DNA of 62,542 nucleotides, filler included, from Chiloscyllium plagiosum (lineage: Eukaryota), in assembly GCF_004010195.1 (NCBI RefSeq). It is 4 parts of one record of this genome, joined end to end, with 100 filler letters (N's around TTAATTAATTAA, not from the genome) between each part and the next. Parts side by side here need not be neighbours in the genome. Positions count along the whole stretch, not along the records: positions 11,658 to 26,445 come from NC_057711.1; positions 26,546 to 58,317 come from NC_057711.1; 2 more parts are not named here. One strand, given 5' to 3'. A program made the position numbers and the translations under genes. The notes beneath the pieces were generated by a model, which worked only from the letters and a program-made list of their open reading frames with translations, made no database searches and was not told the DNA's origin. Positions within the stretch are counted from its first letter, which is position 1; each line of letters begins with the position of its first letter. Positions 25,140-37,763 of this stretch are shown in pieces.

Positions 25140-25413
25140 GGATTTGATTTATTATTGTCCCATGTACTGAGATAGAGTGAAAAATATTGGTTTATGTGCT
25201 ATCCAGATGAATCATATCTTACATAAGTACATCAGGGTAATAGAACAGAAAGCAGAATATAGTGTTACAACAACAGAGAAGATGCAGACAAAGATCAATT
25301 CTAATATAAGGGAGGTCTATTCAAAAGTCAGATAACAGCGGGAGGAAGCTGGTTTTTAATCTGTTGGTACGCGTTTTCAAACTTCTGTATCTTCTCCCAA
25401 ATGGGAGAGGGTA
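25140..25413 (-). mobile_element. Rex1/Babar LINE 3' end
   Basis: Minus strand PLPFGRRYRSLKTRTNR.K motif and (GATTT)n tail; runs into the minisatellite. Confidence 0.8.
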
Positions 25414-26445
25414 GACAAGAGTACAACCGGGGTGGGAGGGGTCTCTCATTATGAAGAGAGTATAACCAGGGTGGGAGGAGTTTCTGATTATGAAGTGAGT
25501 ATTACCGGGGTGGGAGGTGTCTCTGAATATGAACAGAGTGTAACCGGGGTGGGAGGGGTCTCTGATTATGAAGGGAGTATAACCGGGGTGTGAGGGGTCT
25601 ATGAGTATGACAAGAGTACAACCGGGGTGGGAGGGGTCTCTGATTATGAAGACAGGATAATGGGGTGGGAGGGGTCTCTGATTATGAACAGAGTGTAACC
25701 GGAGTGTGAGGGGTCTCTGATTATGAAGACAGTATAACCGGGTTGGGAGGGGTCTCTGATTATGAAGAGACTATAACCAGGGTTGGAGGGGTCTCTGATT
25801 ATGAAGACAGTATAACCGGAGTGGGAGGGGTCTCTGATGATGAAGAGAGTATAACCAGGGTGGGAGGGGTCTCTGATTATGAAGAGAGTATAACCAGGGT
25901 GGGAGGGGTCTCTGATTAGGAAGGGAGTATAACAGGGGTCGGAGGCATCTCTGATTATGAAGAGAGTATAACAGGAGTGGGAGGGGTCTCTGATTATGAA
26001 GAGAGTATAACCAGGGTGGGAGGGGTCTCTGATTATGAAGGACAGTATAACTGGGGTGGGAGGATTATGAAGAGAGTATTACCAGGGTGGGAGGGAGCTC
26101 TGATTATGAAGGACAGTATAACTGGGGTGGGAGGGGTCTCTGATTATGAACAGAGTATAACCAGGGTGGGAGATGTCTCTGATTATGAAGGGAGTATAAC
26201 AGGTGTCGGAGGCGTCTCTGATTATGAAGAGAGTATAACCGGGGTGGGAGGGGTCTCTGATTATGAAGAGAGTATAACCGGGGTGGGAGGGGTCTCTGAT
26301 TATGAAGAGAGTTATAACTGGGGTGGGAGGGGTCTCTGATTATGAAGGACAGTATAACTGGGGTGGGAGGGGTCTCTGATTATGAAGGACAGTATAACTG
26401 GGGTGGGAGGGGTCTCTGATTATGAAGGACAGTATAACTGGGGTG
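25414..26445. repeat. 39-bp minisatellite, about 26 copies, open-ended at the gap
   Basis: Unit GAAGAGAGTATAACCGGGGTGGGAGGGGTCTCTGATTAT. Confidence 0.97.
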
Positions 26446-26545
26446 NNNNNNNNNNNNNNNNNNNNNNNNNNNNNNNNNNNNNNNNNNNNTTAATTAATTA
26501 ANNNNNNNNNNNNNNNNNNNNNNNNNNNNNNNNNNNNNNNNNNNN
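26446..26545. other. Artificial scaffolding gap (N44-TTAATTAATTAA-N44)
   Basis: Linker at 26490-26501. Confidence 0.97.
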
Positions 26546-26850
26546 CCTCCCTTGTCTGCTGGTTTGATAGTGAGGTTGGGGTTGCAACGGAGGGAGTGGA
26601 GGGCTGCGCGTTCCGAGGGTGAGAGGTTGGAGTGGGTGAGAGGGGTGGGGGAAGTTCAGGTGGCGGTTAATATCGCGGCGGCAGTTGGCAATGAAGAGGT
26701 CGAGGGCAGGTAGGAAGCCAGCACGGGGTGTCCAGGTGGATGGGGTGTGTTGGAGGCGGGAGAAGGGGTCGTCAGAGGGTGGGCGAGTGTCTTGGTTAAA
26801 GAAGTAGGCACGGAGGCGAAGGCGGCGGAAGAATTGTTCGATGTCACATG
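26546..26850 (-). mobile_element. Penelope-like element fragment upstream of the RT
   Basis: Minus strand SNLSPSERAALHSLRCNPNLTIKPADKG, the PLE KPADKG motif. Confidence 0.8.
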
Positions 26851-29102
26851 TATCATGTAGTCTGGTTCACAGCAAACAGTTTCAAGCCTATTGGTGTGAA
26901 GTTGCCTTTACACAAAGTTGTTGACTATTTTGCTTTTCAATATTCAACTTCTGCATTAGTGGAAACTGCAGCCACCTCAAATATTGCACTCATCGGGTTA
27001 ATTCCTTAGCAGCCCTAGAAGGTGAATAAAGAGCGTGCACCTTCTGTCACCAAGCCATCATTACAACCATCAGAATTCACTCACAATTGTACGTACTGCC
27101 ACAAAAGGATATAATCTGGTTGCATGACTCATGGTCTCAAGCTCTGTCAATGTGTAACTTCTAAATGAAGGATTTGTTTAGAAACCCAGAGAGTGACTGC
27201 TGACACGGCTTCTCGATTTAAGGAGTTGCACAGATTTGAGGAGGTGACTCGTTGTTTTTGACTATAATTTATGGAAGGTATCAGGAAAAGAAATTTTAGA
27301 AGCATGTCACTACTGTGTAAAACATTGCCTCTTTCCAATATGTTCTCATTTACACCCTCACTCAGTAACATGGACACATGTAGTTTACATGTAACAACCG
27401 GGCACACGTGTAATGGGATGTTATATATTAGAAGGCATTTCGCTCTATTGTAGCACATTTTCTTTTCTTCTTTCTCTTTCTGCAAAGAGGCAGCATAATC
27501 CTGTGACAGGAAAGACGGAGTACATCATAGCGTCCCACGCTCAATCTGGCACAAACACCAGCACAGATTCATACACTCCATGACATTTCAAAAGTCAGTT
27601 TATGAAGGAAGCACTAGATGAAACATTTAATTTCATTGAGAAAGATCAAGTGGAATAGGAACTATGCAACAGTAAGTAGCTAGCAAGTAATGCAACTTCA
27701 CATTTTAGCCCCCAAATGCAGAATGATATCCTGCAAGACCCACCTGCACACTGGAGTGGAACAATGTGATAACGATTTTCATGACATGTTTTCAAACTGC
27801 GCTGAACTCCAAGTTCTTGATGTGAAATGGATGATAGAGCCAAAAAAACTGCTATGAACCATGGAATAACCAACAACCTCAGGGCTCTATGCAGGAAAAC
27901 TCCAGACATCAGAGACATGAAGCTCAGACACAGTCTCTCACAGACTTTACCTGAGATCTTGCAGCTAAAAGTAGAGATGGCTGATCGACAGGATGTAAAA
28001 TCAGTTTAAGAGCATCATGATGGGAAGCTGTGCTTAACACCCTCCAGGAATGCCAGGCCATAAGGCCATAAGGCAAAGCAGCAGGAGAAACAGATTCAGC
28101 AGATTCCTCTTAAGAGAGTCCACATGACCATCAAACCCAGACTGTTCCTCACAGAGCTGAAGAAATATTGATTTGTGGGCAGGCACTTTCTCAGAGGTCT
28201 GTACAGTTTCACTAAAGGCATTTTAAGGACTGATCACCTTCGTCCTTTGAATCCTTTAGCCTAACAAAATCCCTTCACGTCTGAGGAAGCATTAGAACAT
28301 TGGGGTAGTATCAGCAGCAGAAAAAGCAATCACTATAGAGTAGGAAGAACAAACAGGTAAACTACAAATGAGATTTGTAGTTTAATAACCAACACATTGT
28401 TTTGTGTACAATTGTAGTGGTTTACTTATCAGTAGTACTTGTGTTACAGATAGATCGAGGAATTACTGGAACTGTTAATAATGAGTGCTTACTATATCTC
28501 TCCTCCTTTCACTTCCTATTCTCCATTGTTTCATAGAGATTCTGTTGTGTATTTACTCCAACTTGAAAAACATGGTTGGACGGGATGCTGCAAATAATTA
28601 TTATCTGAGAAGCCAAGACAGCAGGACCCTTGCAGCAATATCTCCTTGGTCTGATTTGTAAGGCAATTGCTTATTGGCAACGATGATAGTGTGGCTATCG
28701 ATGGGAAGAGCTGTGGCTGTGATAGATGTAGAGGTGTTCAGGTAAGAATGTTGGTCCTGCAGCATGTGGGGGAAGGAGAGTTAATGTCAGTAAAGGTGGG
28801 CAGTATTGAAGAGGTAAGTCTGAAAGGTATTAGTTTTTGGTACATTTGGTGTCTCAATATGATTGTATTTTCTGAATGTTAAGCACGGAATGCAACAACT
28901 ATCCCCAAAAGAATCCCAATCTTCAGCATTTTGTTTGCCAAGATTTCCTTCTGAGCAGGAAGGTAAATACATGAGATAATGCAGGAATGATAGATCCTCT
29001 ACATGAAGAAAGACTGGTGCAGAAACAACAACTGAGCACATTTCTGACAAAATGTTCCGTCTACAGATCTAATTTCAGCTGACCAGGTCAGGGGCACGCT
29101 AG

Positions 29103-29295
29103 TCGAGAGTGTGGTGATGGAAAAGCATAGCAAGTCAGGCAGCATCCAAGGAGCAGGAGAATCGACGTTTCAGGCAAAAGCCCTTCATCAGGATTTTGCC
29201 CGAAACATAGCTTTTCCTGCTCCTCGGATGCTGCCTGACCTGCTGTGCTTTTCCAGCACCACTCTAATCTCCAGCATCTGTAGTCCTCATTTTTG
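29103..29295. mobile_element. Fold-back PLE-derived element, family B
   Basis: Inverted arms; degenerate TSD CAGGGGCACGCTAGTC / CAGAGGCATGTTAGTC. Confidence 0.8.
29164..29191 (-). ncRNA. Minimal hammerhead ribozyme, intact core
   Basis: Minus strand CTGATGA-A-GGGC-TTTT-GCCT-GAAAC-GTC with palindromic ACGT stem III and GUC triplet. Confidence 0.7.
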
Positions 29296-29619
29296 TCCAG
29301 AGGCATGTTAGTCCGATGTTTATTTTTTGACAGTAGAAACCAAGTGATGGAGTTTGCCCAAAGTACAATTCTGCATCAGTTACCCTAGTCAGCATATTGA
29401 AATGTGACAAAATTCAGCACTACCGCAGTCTTCCCTTTATTTGGACTTTTCCTTTCTTTGCAGACTTAAGTTCCCAACAATTTCTTCACATGCATGTTAC
29501 TCACAGAACCATTCAGATTTCTGTGTTTCTTTCTGAAAGCAAATGTGAAGGTGTACTGTGTGCTTGATATTTGTGGATGTTTTTCCATTGTGCTAGTTTA
29601 ATCCATTACCACGTTTCTA

Positions 29620-29912
29620 CAGATTTATGGGAACGAGGGGACACGGTCTCAAAATAAGGAGGAACAGAGTTAGGATGGAGTTGAGGGGAAACTTCTTCTC
29701 CCAAAGGTTTGTGAATCTGTGGAATTCCCTGCCCAGTGAAGCAGTTCAGGCTTCCTCATTTTTAAGGTAAAGAAATTAAGGGTTATCCCGAAAGCATGGG
29801 TAAGTGGAGTTGAGTCCACGAAAAGATTAGCCATGATCTTATTGAATAGGGGAGCAGGCTCAAAGGCTGGATGGCCTACTCCTGCTCCTAGTTCTCATCT
29901 TCTTATATTCTT
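29620..29912 (+). mobile_element. CR1 3' end
   Basis: TRGH.LK..NFFSQR.VNLWNSLP motif. Confidence 0.8.
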
Positions 29913-30369
29913 ACAGCTCTGTTCCTAAGTACTTCATATTTAGGATGTTAAGGCTTCCTGAGAAGGGAGCTCTATAGTTGGTCATTTACCTGTATTATAG
30001 TTGATGCGATTCTGTGTGTTGAGAATTACAGGTATAATGTTAATCTAGTCCAACCAGTGGGAAAACTGACAGGATCATTACCAATGGAAAGCACCTCAGA
30101 TATAAGGCAACATGTACAGCATCCTGCATTTATTTTAATTTGAAACGTCCTTCTACACAATTGGATCAATATCTGCACAGAGTATAAAATGTGAACCGCT
30201 TTGGAAAATGGAATTTAAAAACAACATCGATAGTTCCACTCTCGGTGAAGGAGATTTTTGCGTTAACCATCCAGCTGTTCTAATTGGTGCAAACATGATC
30301 CTTGACTGTGTCCTTGTAGAAAACAACCAAAGGTGGAAATATAAGCACTGGATCCCTTGGTATAATATC

Positions 30370-30621
30370 ATGAATTTCATTTGCGCTGACAATGTATTCA
30401 CTTTGACGATTATCCAGGACACATTTCAAAGCAAGCTTCTCAAGATCAGGTCAGCAGCTGCTCCCTGCTTTTAAGGCAGGACTCGTTCAGGGGCATTTTC
30501 TTCAGAATGGATTCCTTCTTTTCCCACGTACTCACCAGTTTTTCACTAACATTTAATTCCCTTGCTGCGGCACAATTATTTGCTGAGGGAAACATTTTAT
30601 GACTTTTAGTTTAAAGCCAAC
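30370..30621 (-). mobile_element. pogo-family transposase relic (Brinker-like DBD plus CENP-B HTH)
   Basis: With frameshifts: GFKLKVIK..NNCAAARELNVSEKLVSTWEKKESILKKMP..*PDLEKLALKCVLDNRQSEYIVSANEI. Confidence 0.75.
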
Positions 30622-31309
30622 TCATTCCTAATGGTTTGTCATTCACCACGCATAACCATACCATGCTGGCCTATCTTAAATTCTAAATCTCTTCTTTAAA
30701 CGCAGCCCATTTTGCATGCTTGATCGCAACCACCAATTTCTAAGCTATGTGAAGCTTGTATTTCTGAAATGAAAAATTGAGGCTAACTCCTAATTCAAGT
30801 TGTAGCGTTTCTTAGCAGGAAACTGGTGTTGATGTACATGCAGAGTGTAGCCCTAACCATGATGTTTAGTGCTGGGAACATCTTGCACATTCACTATGCA
30901 AAATCTACAGTAACCTTCAGTGAGTTCACTGATCTGACTCCCACTGGGTGGATTTGGGTATGATTACTCCCTGGCATTTATACTTGAGCTGCAGAGACCT
31001 CCTTTAAAGCAGTTGGTGGAAAGAATTGCGACTGGTCTGCATTGTTGTTTACAGAGGAACGCCTGTTAGGATACCTAACCAGCCATTTCCAAGCTTTAGA
31101 GTCTTTTTTTTACCCCTCAGTTGTCTAGAGACAGGAAAGGGGTTGACAGTGATTTGGAACACATCACTTCCTCCTTTTTCCTTTTAGAGATTGAATCATT
31201 TTTTTAGCTGAGACCGTTCTGTGAGCCCCTCCTCAATACAATTAGCAAACTGGGGAAAAACAGATTTTACCATTTCATGGACAATGAACCTCATTACTTC
31301 TCTAGTCTC

Positions 31310-31690
31310 ATCGAGTTATAGTCATACAACATAGAAACCCTTTGGTCCAACCAGTCTATGCTGAATATAATCCCAAAATAAACTGGTCCCACCTGCCTGC
31401 ACCTAGCCCATATTCCTCCAAGGAGAAAGTGAGGACTGCAGATGCTGGAGATCAGAGCTGAAAATGTTTTGGGCATGAAGAAGGGCTCATGCCCGAAACA
31501 TTGATTCTCCTGCTCCTTGGATGCTGCCTGACCTGCTGCGCTTTTCCAGCCACACATTTTCAGCCATATTCCTCCAAACCTTTCCTATCCGTGTACTTAA
31601 CCAAATGTCTTTTAAATGTACCCACAGCCATCACTTCCTCAGGAAGTTCATTCCACATGCATACACCCTCTGTGTAAAAGAATTGCCCCA
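31310..31690 (-). mobile_element. CR1 3' end carrying a PLE family B insertion (31422-31563)
   Basis: 14-bp TSD CCATATTCCTCCAA at 31408-31421 and 31564-31577. Confidence 0.85.
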
Positions 31691-31902
31691 AAAGATGCAA
31701 TGATGGTACTAACCACTGTGTGTCACTAATACTGGAGGCTGCGTAGAAGGCTTCCTTTGTGATACCAAGTACAACTTAAATTTTCTAAAACCTTTGGTCA
31801 GTGGGTCAGGTTTGTGTACAACTGATAGATTACCAGAACATTTCGGGCACAATCTTCCCAGGCACTGAATGGCATCGATATGTGTGAAAATGGGAAGAGA
31901 AA

Positions 31903-32180
31903 TGGGGTGGCACAGTGGCTAGCATTGCTGCCTCACAGCGTCAGGGTCCCAGGTTCGATTCCAGCCTCGGGCAACTGTCTGTGTGGAGTTTGCACATTCT
32001 CCCTGTGTCTGCGTGGGTTTCCTCCCATCGTCCAAAGATGTACAGGTCAGGTGAATTGGCCATGTTAAATTGCCCATAGTGTTAGGTGCATTAGTCAGAG
32101 GGAAATGGGTCTGGGTGGGTTACTCTTCAGAGGGGCGGTGTGGACTGGTTTCCACACTGTAGGGAATCTAATCTAATCTA
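31903..32180 (+). mobile_element. HE1-type SINE
   Basis: HE1 head, V-domain and (AATCT)n tail. Confidence 0.88.
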
Positions 32181-32439
32181 AAAAAAATCTAAATGTGTGA
32201 GATTGGTAATAGAGAGATTCCTGCCATCGAGAACAAAAAATCTCATTTCCCAGCACCCATGTGCTGAATGGTGAGACGGGATTCTCACTCGTGAGAGGCA
32301 AGGGGTCTATTACATCATCTCATCTTATTAATATGCAGTTTCCCATTCTCCTACTGCCAGACAGTAAAGGAGACAGTGACAATTCCATCATGAAAATCAG
32401 AACAGTAACCTGGCGACCCCAACTCATTGCTTGCTCCTA

Positions 32440-33435
32440 TAAGATCACAAGATGGAGAAGCAGAAATAGGCTATTTGACCCATCGAGTCGACTCAGTGAA
32501 ATGATGGCTGATCTGATAATCCTCACCTTCATTTTCCTGCTTTTTCCCAATAACCCAAACACCTTCCTGATTGTAAATCTGACTATCATAGCTTTGAATG
32601 TACTTATTGATGTGCTTACTGACCCACTCTATAACAGCCCTCTGTGGTCATGGATTCCACATTTTCACCACCTTCTGAGAGAAAGGAATTACACCTCAAC
32701 TTTATCTTAAATAGGCAACTCCTTACTCTAAGATTATGCCCTCTGATCCAAGACTGTCCAACAAGAGGAAACAGTATATCTGCATCTACACTGTCAACCC
32801 CCCAATAACCTTATATGTTTCAATAAGGTCACCTCTCATTCTCCTAAACCCCAATGAATATAAGTCAAACCTACTCAACCTCCCCTCACAAGGAAATCCC
32901 TCCACAACTAGGATCCAGCTAGTAAATCTGTTCTGGACTGCCCGACTCCAATCCCAATATATCTTTCCTTAGATAAGGGAAGCAGAACTACATAGAACAT
33001 AGAACATAGAAGAATACAGCACAGAACAGGCCCTTCGGCCCACGATGTTGTGCCGAACATTTGTCCTAGCTTAAACACCCATCCATGTACCTATCCAATT
33101 GCCGCTTAAAGGTGACCAATGATTCTTAATCTACCACTCCCACAGGCAGCGCATTCCATGCCCCCACCACTCTCTGGGTAAAGAACCTACCCCTGACATC
33201 CCCCCTATACCTTCCACCCTTCACCTTAAATTTATGTCCCCTTGTAACACTCTGTTGTACCCGGGGAAAAAGTTTCTGACTGTCTACTCTATCTATACCT
33301 CTGATCATCTTATAAACCTCTATCAAGTCACCCCTCATCCTACGCCGTTCCAACGAGAAAAGGCCGAGAACTCTCAACCTATCCTCATACGACTTCCTCT
33401 CCATTCCAGGCAACATCCTGGTAAATCTTCTCTGC
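32440..33435 (-). mobile_element. CR1 3' fragments (old 32440-32990, young 32990-33435)
   Basis: QRRFTRMLPGM..SYEDRL..LGLFSLERRRMRGDLIEVYK. Confidence 0.9.
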
Positions 33436-33957
33436 AAAGCAGAGAAATGACATCCAGTGAGAGTGAGTAGACTGTTGTTGGGATGAGGTGAAGGAGCCTC
33501 TTGGCAAAACCACATCGTCTCCAACCTCATCCGTGTTGGCAGATGTCGTTGGTGATGGTGGGGAGGGCTAATGGAGGGGGGGGTGAAGAGGAGGAACTCA
33601 AGCGGCTGCTGCCTGCACCTGTCTTCAAAGGGACCACTTTCAAGAAGAGGTGGTGAGCTTTGCACCCAAGAGAGCATCACGAGGAGAGATCAGGGGCTTG
33701 TCCACACTTCCACCCACTTCCCCCTTGGCTCAAAGCTGAAGGCACTTGCTGAGATGCAAGTCCCTCAGTGCTGCCAGACTTCAAAATTCCTTTGGAGCTG
33801 CTTCTTGGGAGCTTTTTCTGACAGTCAAGTTCCCACCTCAAATCATGCTCTCGTCTGTGCTCAGCAGAAACCAGTTTCCAAGACGGGACCAGTTATCCGC
33901 ATCAAGTGCAAACACTTACCTGTTCTACCTCAGGAAGGTTGACTTCAACTGTGCCAC

Positions 33958-34177
33958 GTAGTGTTGTGCTGGAAAAGCACAGCCAGTCAGGCAGCAGCCG
34001 AGGAGCAGGAGAGTCGATGTTTTGAGCATAAGCTCTTCACCGTGAATGTGATGAAAGGCTTATGCTTGAAACGTCGACTCTCCTGCTCCTCGGATGCTGC
34101 CTGACCACAGTACCACACCTTTCCAGCACCACACTTTTTGACTCTGATCTCCAGCATCTGCAGTCCTCAATTTTTCC
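33958..34177. mobile_element. Fold-back PLE-derived element, family B
   Basis: Inverted arms; TSD CTTCAACT(T)GTGCCAC on both sides. Confidence 0.8.
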
Positions 34178-34199
34178 TTCAACTTGTGCCACCCCTACA

Positions 34200-35040
34200 A
34201 CTGCCCAGCTAAGATCAACATAGATGTTGTCTGGAATCTCAGTTCTGTATGATTTCAAGTCCAGTTGCACACATTGGAGTCTCCTCTGGGACAGAAAAGA
34301 CCTGTTCAAAGAGGATAGGTCTTACCCGAGCTGGAAAGGGACCCATATCTTAGCAGGGAGCTTTGCTCGTTCCACCCAAAGAGACTTTATACAGATAGAG
34401 AGGAGAGTGGAGGAATTACAAGTCATGGCGTAAATAGAAAGGTTGGTGGGGAAGGTTCTGAATGTGAAGAGAGCACACCAATTAGAAAAGAAAGAAAAGA
34501 GAGAATCAGGGTACATTGTAACTCTGAAGAACGAAATTGCATTTATTTCAGTGCAAGGGGTCTTCCAGATAAGGCTGATAAACTCAGAGTGTGTTTAAGT
34601 ACATGGGATTGGGATTTCAGAGCTTTTACAGAAACTTGGCTGAAACATGAACAGGACTGACAGCTCACTGTTCTGGGGTTTAGATTGTAGGGAGGATATT
34701 TTCCCAGGTTGGGGAGTTTAAAACCAGAGGACACAGTCTGAGGACAGGTTGTTAGGCCATTGAGGATTAAGATGAGGAAATATTTCTTCATGCAGAGGCT
34801 GGTCAGTCTGTGAAGTGTGTGACCACAAGAAGCTGTGGATTCCAAGTTGCTGATTATATTCAAGAAAGAGATGGATTTTTATGTTTAAGAGACAATGAAT
34901 TGAATTGAATTTATTGTCACATGTACCGGGACACAGTGGAAAGCTTTGTCTTGTGAGCAATACAAGCAGATCACATAGTTATCACACAATGACTATGTGA
35001 AACGGAAGAACAGGCTGGAAGGACTGAATGGCCTATTTTT
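34200..35040 (+). mobile_element. Degraded CR1 (ORF1 esterase end, endonuclease start, 3' end)
   Basis: WDRKDLFKED...WKGTHILAG.FA and TWDWD..AFTETWL motifs. Confidence 0.65.
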
Positions 35041-35274
35041 GCCCCAAGTTTCACCAATACAGAGCTCTGGACAGCCAATTCAGTCCTTCAGAAGTGCGGT
35101 CACATTGTAGTGTTGGGAAGTGTAGCAGTAAATTCAGGACGTCTCAAAATACTCCATAGCCAATTAATGAATTTTCAAATCTCACAACAATTGTCATATC
35201 AAAGGCTATAAATGTCAATTTGTTTCAAACTATGTACTGTATTTACCAGAATGGTTCTAAAGTGATTTGTTTTT

Positions 35275-35497
35275 ATTCATTGAGTATAAGGATAGGCAGG
35301 TTATGCTGCAGCTTTACAGAACTTTCATTAGGCCACACTGGGAATATTGCGTACAGTTCTGGTCACCACATTCTCAGAAGAAGGGTGAATCTTTGGGGAG
35401 GGAACAGAAAAGGTTTACCAGGATGTTGCCTGATATGGGGGATTTTAGCTGTGAGGAAAGGTTGAATAGAGTTGATTTGTTTTCACTGGAATGCAGG
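35275..35497 (+). mobile_element. CR1 RT C-terminal fragment
   Basis: VMLQLYRT.IRPH.EYCVQFWSP. Confidence 0.85.
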
Positions 35498-36228
35498 AAG
35501 CATCCACTAACAAGCCCATCACTTGTCCTGGTTCATTACCGAGTACCAAATCCAATATGGCCCCCCCTCTGGTCGGACAATCTACACACTGAGTTAGAAA
35601 AGCTTCTTGGACACACTGTGCAAATACCGCCCCATCCAATCTACTTGATCTAAAGAGCTTCCAATCAATATTTGGGAAGTTGAAATCGCCCATGGCTTCT
35701 GCACCTTTCCAAAATCTGTTTCCCAATCTGTTTCTCCACATCTCTGCTGCTATTGGGGGGCCTATAGTAAACACCCAACAAGGTGACTGCTCCTTTCCTA
35801 TTTCTGACTTCAGCCAATACTACCTCCAAAGGCAGATCCCCCTCGAACTGCCTTTCTGCAGCCGTTATACCATTTCTAATTAGCAACGCCTCCCCCCCTC
35901 CTTTTTTACCACCCTCCCTAATCTTACTGAAACATCTGTAACCAGGAACCTCCAACAACCATTCCTGTCCCTCTTCTATCCACGTTTCCGTGATGGCCAC
36001 AACATCGTAGTCCCAGGTACCGATCCACGCCTTAAGTTCACCCACCTTATTTCTGATACTCCTTGCGTTGAAGTATACACATTTGAAACCATCTCTGTGT
36101 CCGCAAGTATACCCTGTCAGTGCTACCTTCTCCACAGCCTCCCTACATTCTTGGACATCCTGACAAACAGCTAGCCTACTTGCTGGACTTCAAGTCCGGA
36201 TCCCATCCCCCTACCAAATTAGTTTAAA
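35498..36228 (-). mobile_element. CR1 ORF2 APE-type endonuclease fragment
   Basis: YFNARSIRNK, DVVAITETW, GVYYRPPNS, MGDFNFPNIDW, PTRGGAILDLVL. Confidence 0.93.
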
Positions 36229-36745
36229 GAATTCCACTATGATATAGTTTGAATAAGACCTCCCTATTTTTATCTCTTTCCCATTGAAATAAAGGCCAAC
36301 ACTCTATTTGCCCCTTATTCCCCATTGACCTTAGACGTTAGATTTTTCTGATTCGTGGACAAGGACTAACACATCCTTCCATGCCTCCCCCTTCTGCAGT
36401 CATTCTCAATTTAAATAATATTCAGTTCCTCTATCCTTTCTGTGAAAATGTTTCACCTCACTTTTCCCACTTATTACATTGGCCAAGTTTATGCCCGCTC
36501 ATTTAACTTGTCTATATCTCTCTGCCAACCTCTGTGTCATCCTCACCACCTATTTTTGTATCCTCTGCAAACTTGGTTACAGTACCTTCTCTTTGGTCAT
36601 CCAAGTCATTAGTATATATTGTAAATAATTGTGTCACTAGCACTGATTTCCTAACACTCCATTAGTAACAGATTGCCATCCTGAAAGTGTAAGCATTTAT
36701 CCCAACTCTCTGACTTCTATTGGTCAGCCAATCCTTGATTCTCTG

Positions 36746-36940
36746 GAGGAGCAAATGACTGCAGATGCTGGAACCTCGACTGAAAACAAAAAAAATGCTG
36801 GAAATCACAGAGGGTCAGGCAGCATTCATGGAGAGAGAGCAAACTAATGTTTCAAGTCTAGATCACTCGTCAGAGTACAGATAAAGAGTCAACTAGACTC
36901 AAAACATTAGCTTGTGATCTCCAGCATTTTTTTGTTTTCT
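36746..36940. mobile_element. Fold-back PLE-related element, family C
   Basis: Inverted arms; TSD ATTCTCTGG; related relics at about 3620-3860 and 48965-49120. Confidence 0.6.
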
Positions 36941-37050
36941 ATTCTCTGGCTGTTCTGTCAGTCACCAAAAGCTCAGGGCAAACTCCATGGAGAGTGACCA
37001 CATGTGAATCTGGAAAGATAGCACAAGAAAATTTGCTGGGACCCACAGAG

Positions 37051-37763
37051 AGTCATAGAGTCATAGAGATGTACAGCATGGAAACAGACCCTTCGGTCCA
37101 TGCTGACCAGATATCCCAACCCAATCTAGTCCCACCTGCCAACACCTGCCCCATATCTCTCTAAACCCTTCCTATTCATATACCCATCCAAATGCCTCTT
37201 AAATGTTGTAATTGTACCAGCCTCCACCACTTCCTCTGGCAGTTCATTCCATACACGTACCACCCTCTGCATGAAAATGTTGCCCCTTAGGTCACTTTTA
37301 TATCTTCCCCCTCTCACCCTAAACCTATGCCCTCTAGGTCTGGACTCCCCGTCCCCAGGGAAAAGACTTTGTCTATTTATACTATCCATGCCCCTCATAA
37401 TTTTGTAAACCACTATAAGGTCACCCCTCAATCTCCGACTTTCCAGGGAAAACAGCCCCAGCCGGTTCAGCCTCTCCCTGTAGCTCAAATCCTCCAACCC
37501 TGGCAACATCCTTGTAAATCTATTCTGAACCCTTTCAAGTTTATAACATCTTTCTGATAGGAAGGAGACCAGAATTGCATGCAATATTCCAACAGTGGCC
37601 TAACCAATGTCCTGTACAGCCACAACATGACCTCCCAACGCCTGTACTCAATACTCTGACCAATAAAGGAAAGCATACCCAACGCCTTCTTCACTATCCT
37701 ATCTACCTGCGACTCCACTTTCAAGGAGCTATGAATCAGCACACCAAGGTCTCTTTGTTCAGC
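37051..37763 (-). mobile_element. CR1/HER1 3' fragment (left arm of inverted pair)
   Basis: ORFs 37126-37584 and 37485-37778 encode the CR1 RT C-terminus; (CTATGACT)n tail. Confidence 0.93.

Noticed and set aside
25414..26445. Regular repeat array resembling CRISPR, and the repetitive ORF 25977-26339
   Set aside because: Units are contiguous with no unique spacers and there are no cas genes; the ORF is a by-product of a 39-bp unit
27700..29050. GSCCLGFS chemokine-like string and faint Harbinger transposase-like traces
   Set aside because: Lacks the remaining cysteines and a donor; too decayed to call without an alignment
29505..29532. 28-bp minus-strand micro-exon candidate, and the acceptor-like site near 27480 followed by a basic peptide
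   Set aside because: Splice signals are plausible, but there is no recognisable protein or consistent frame
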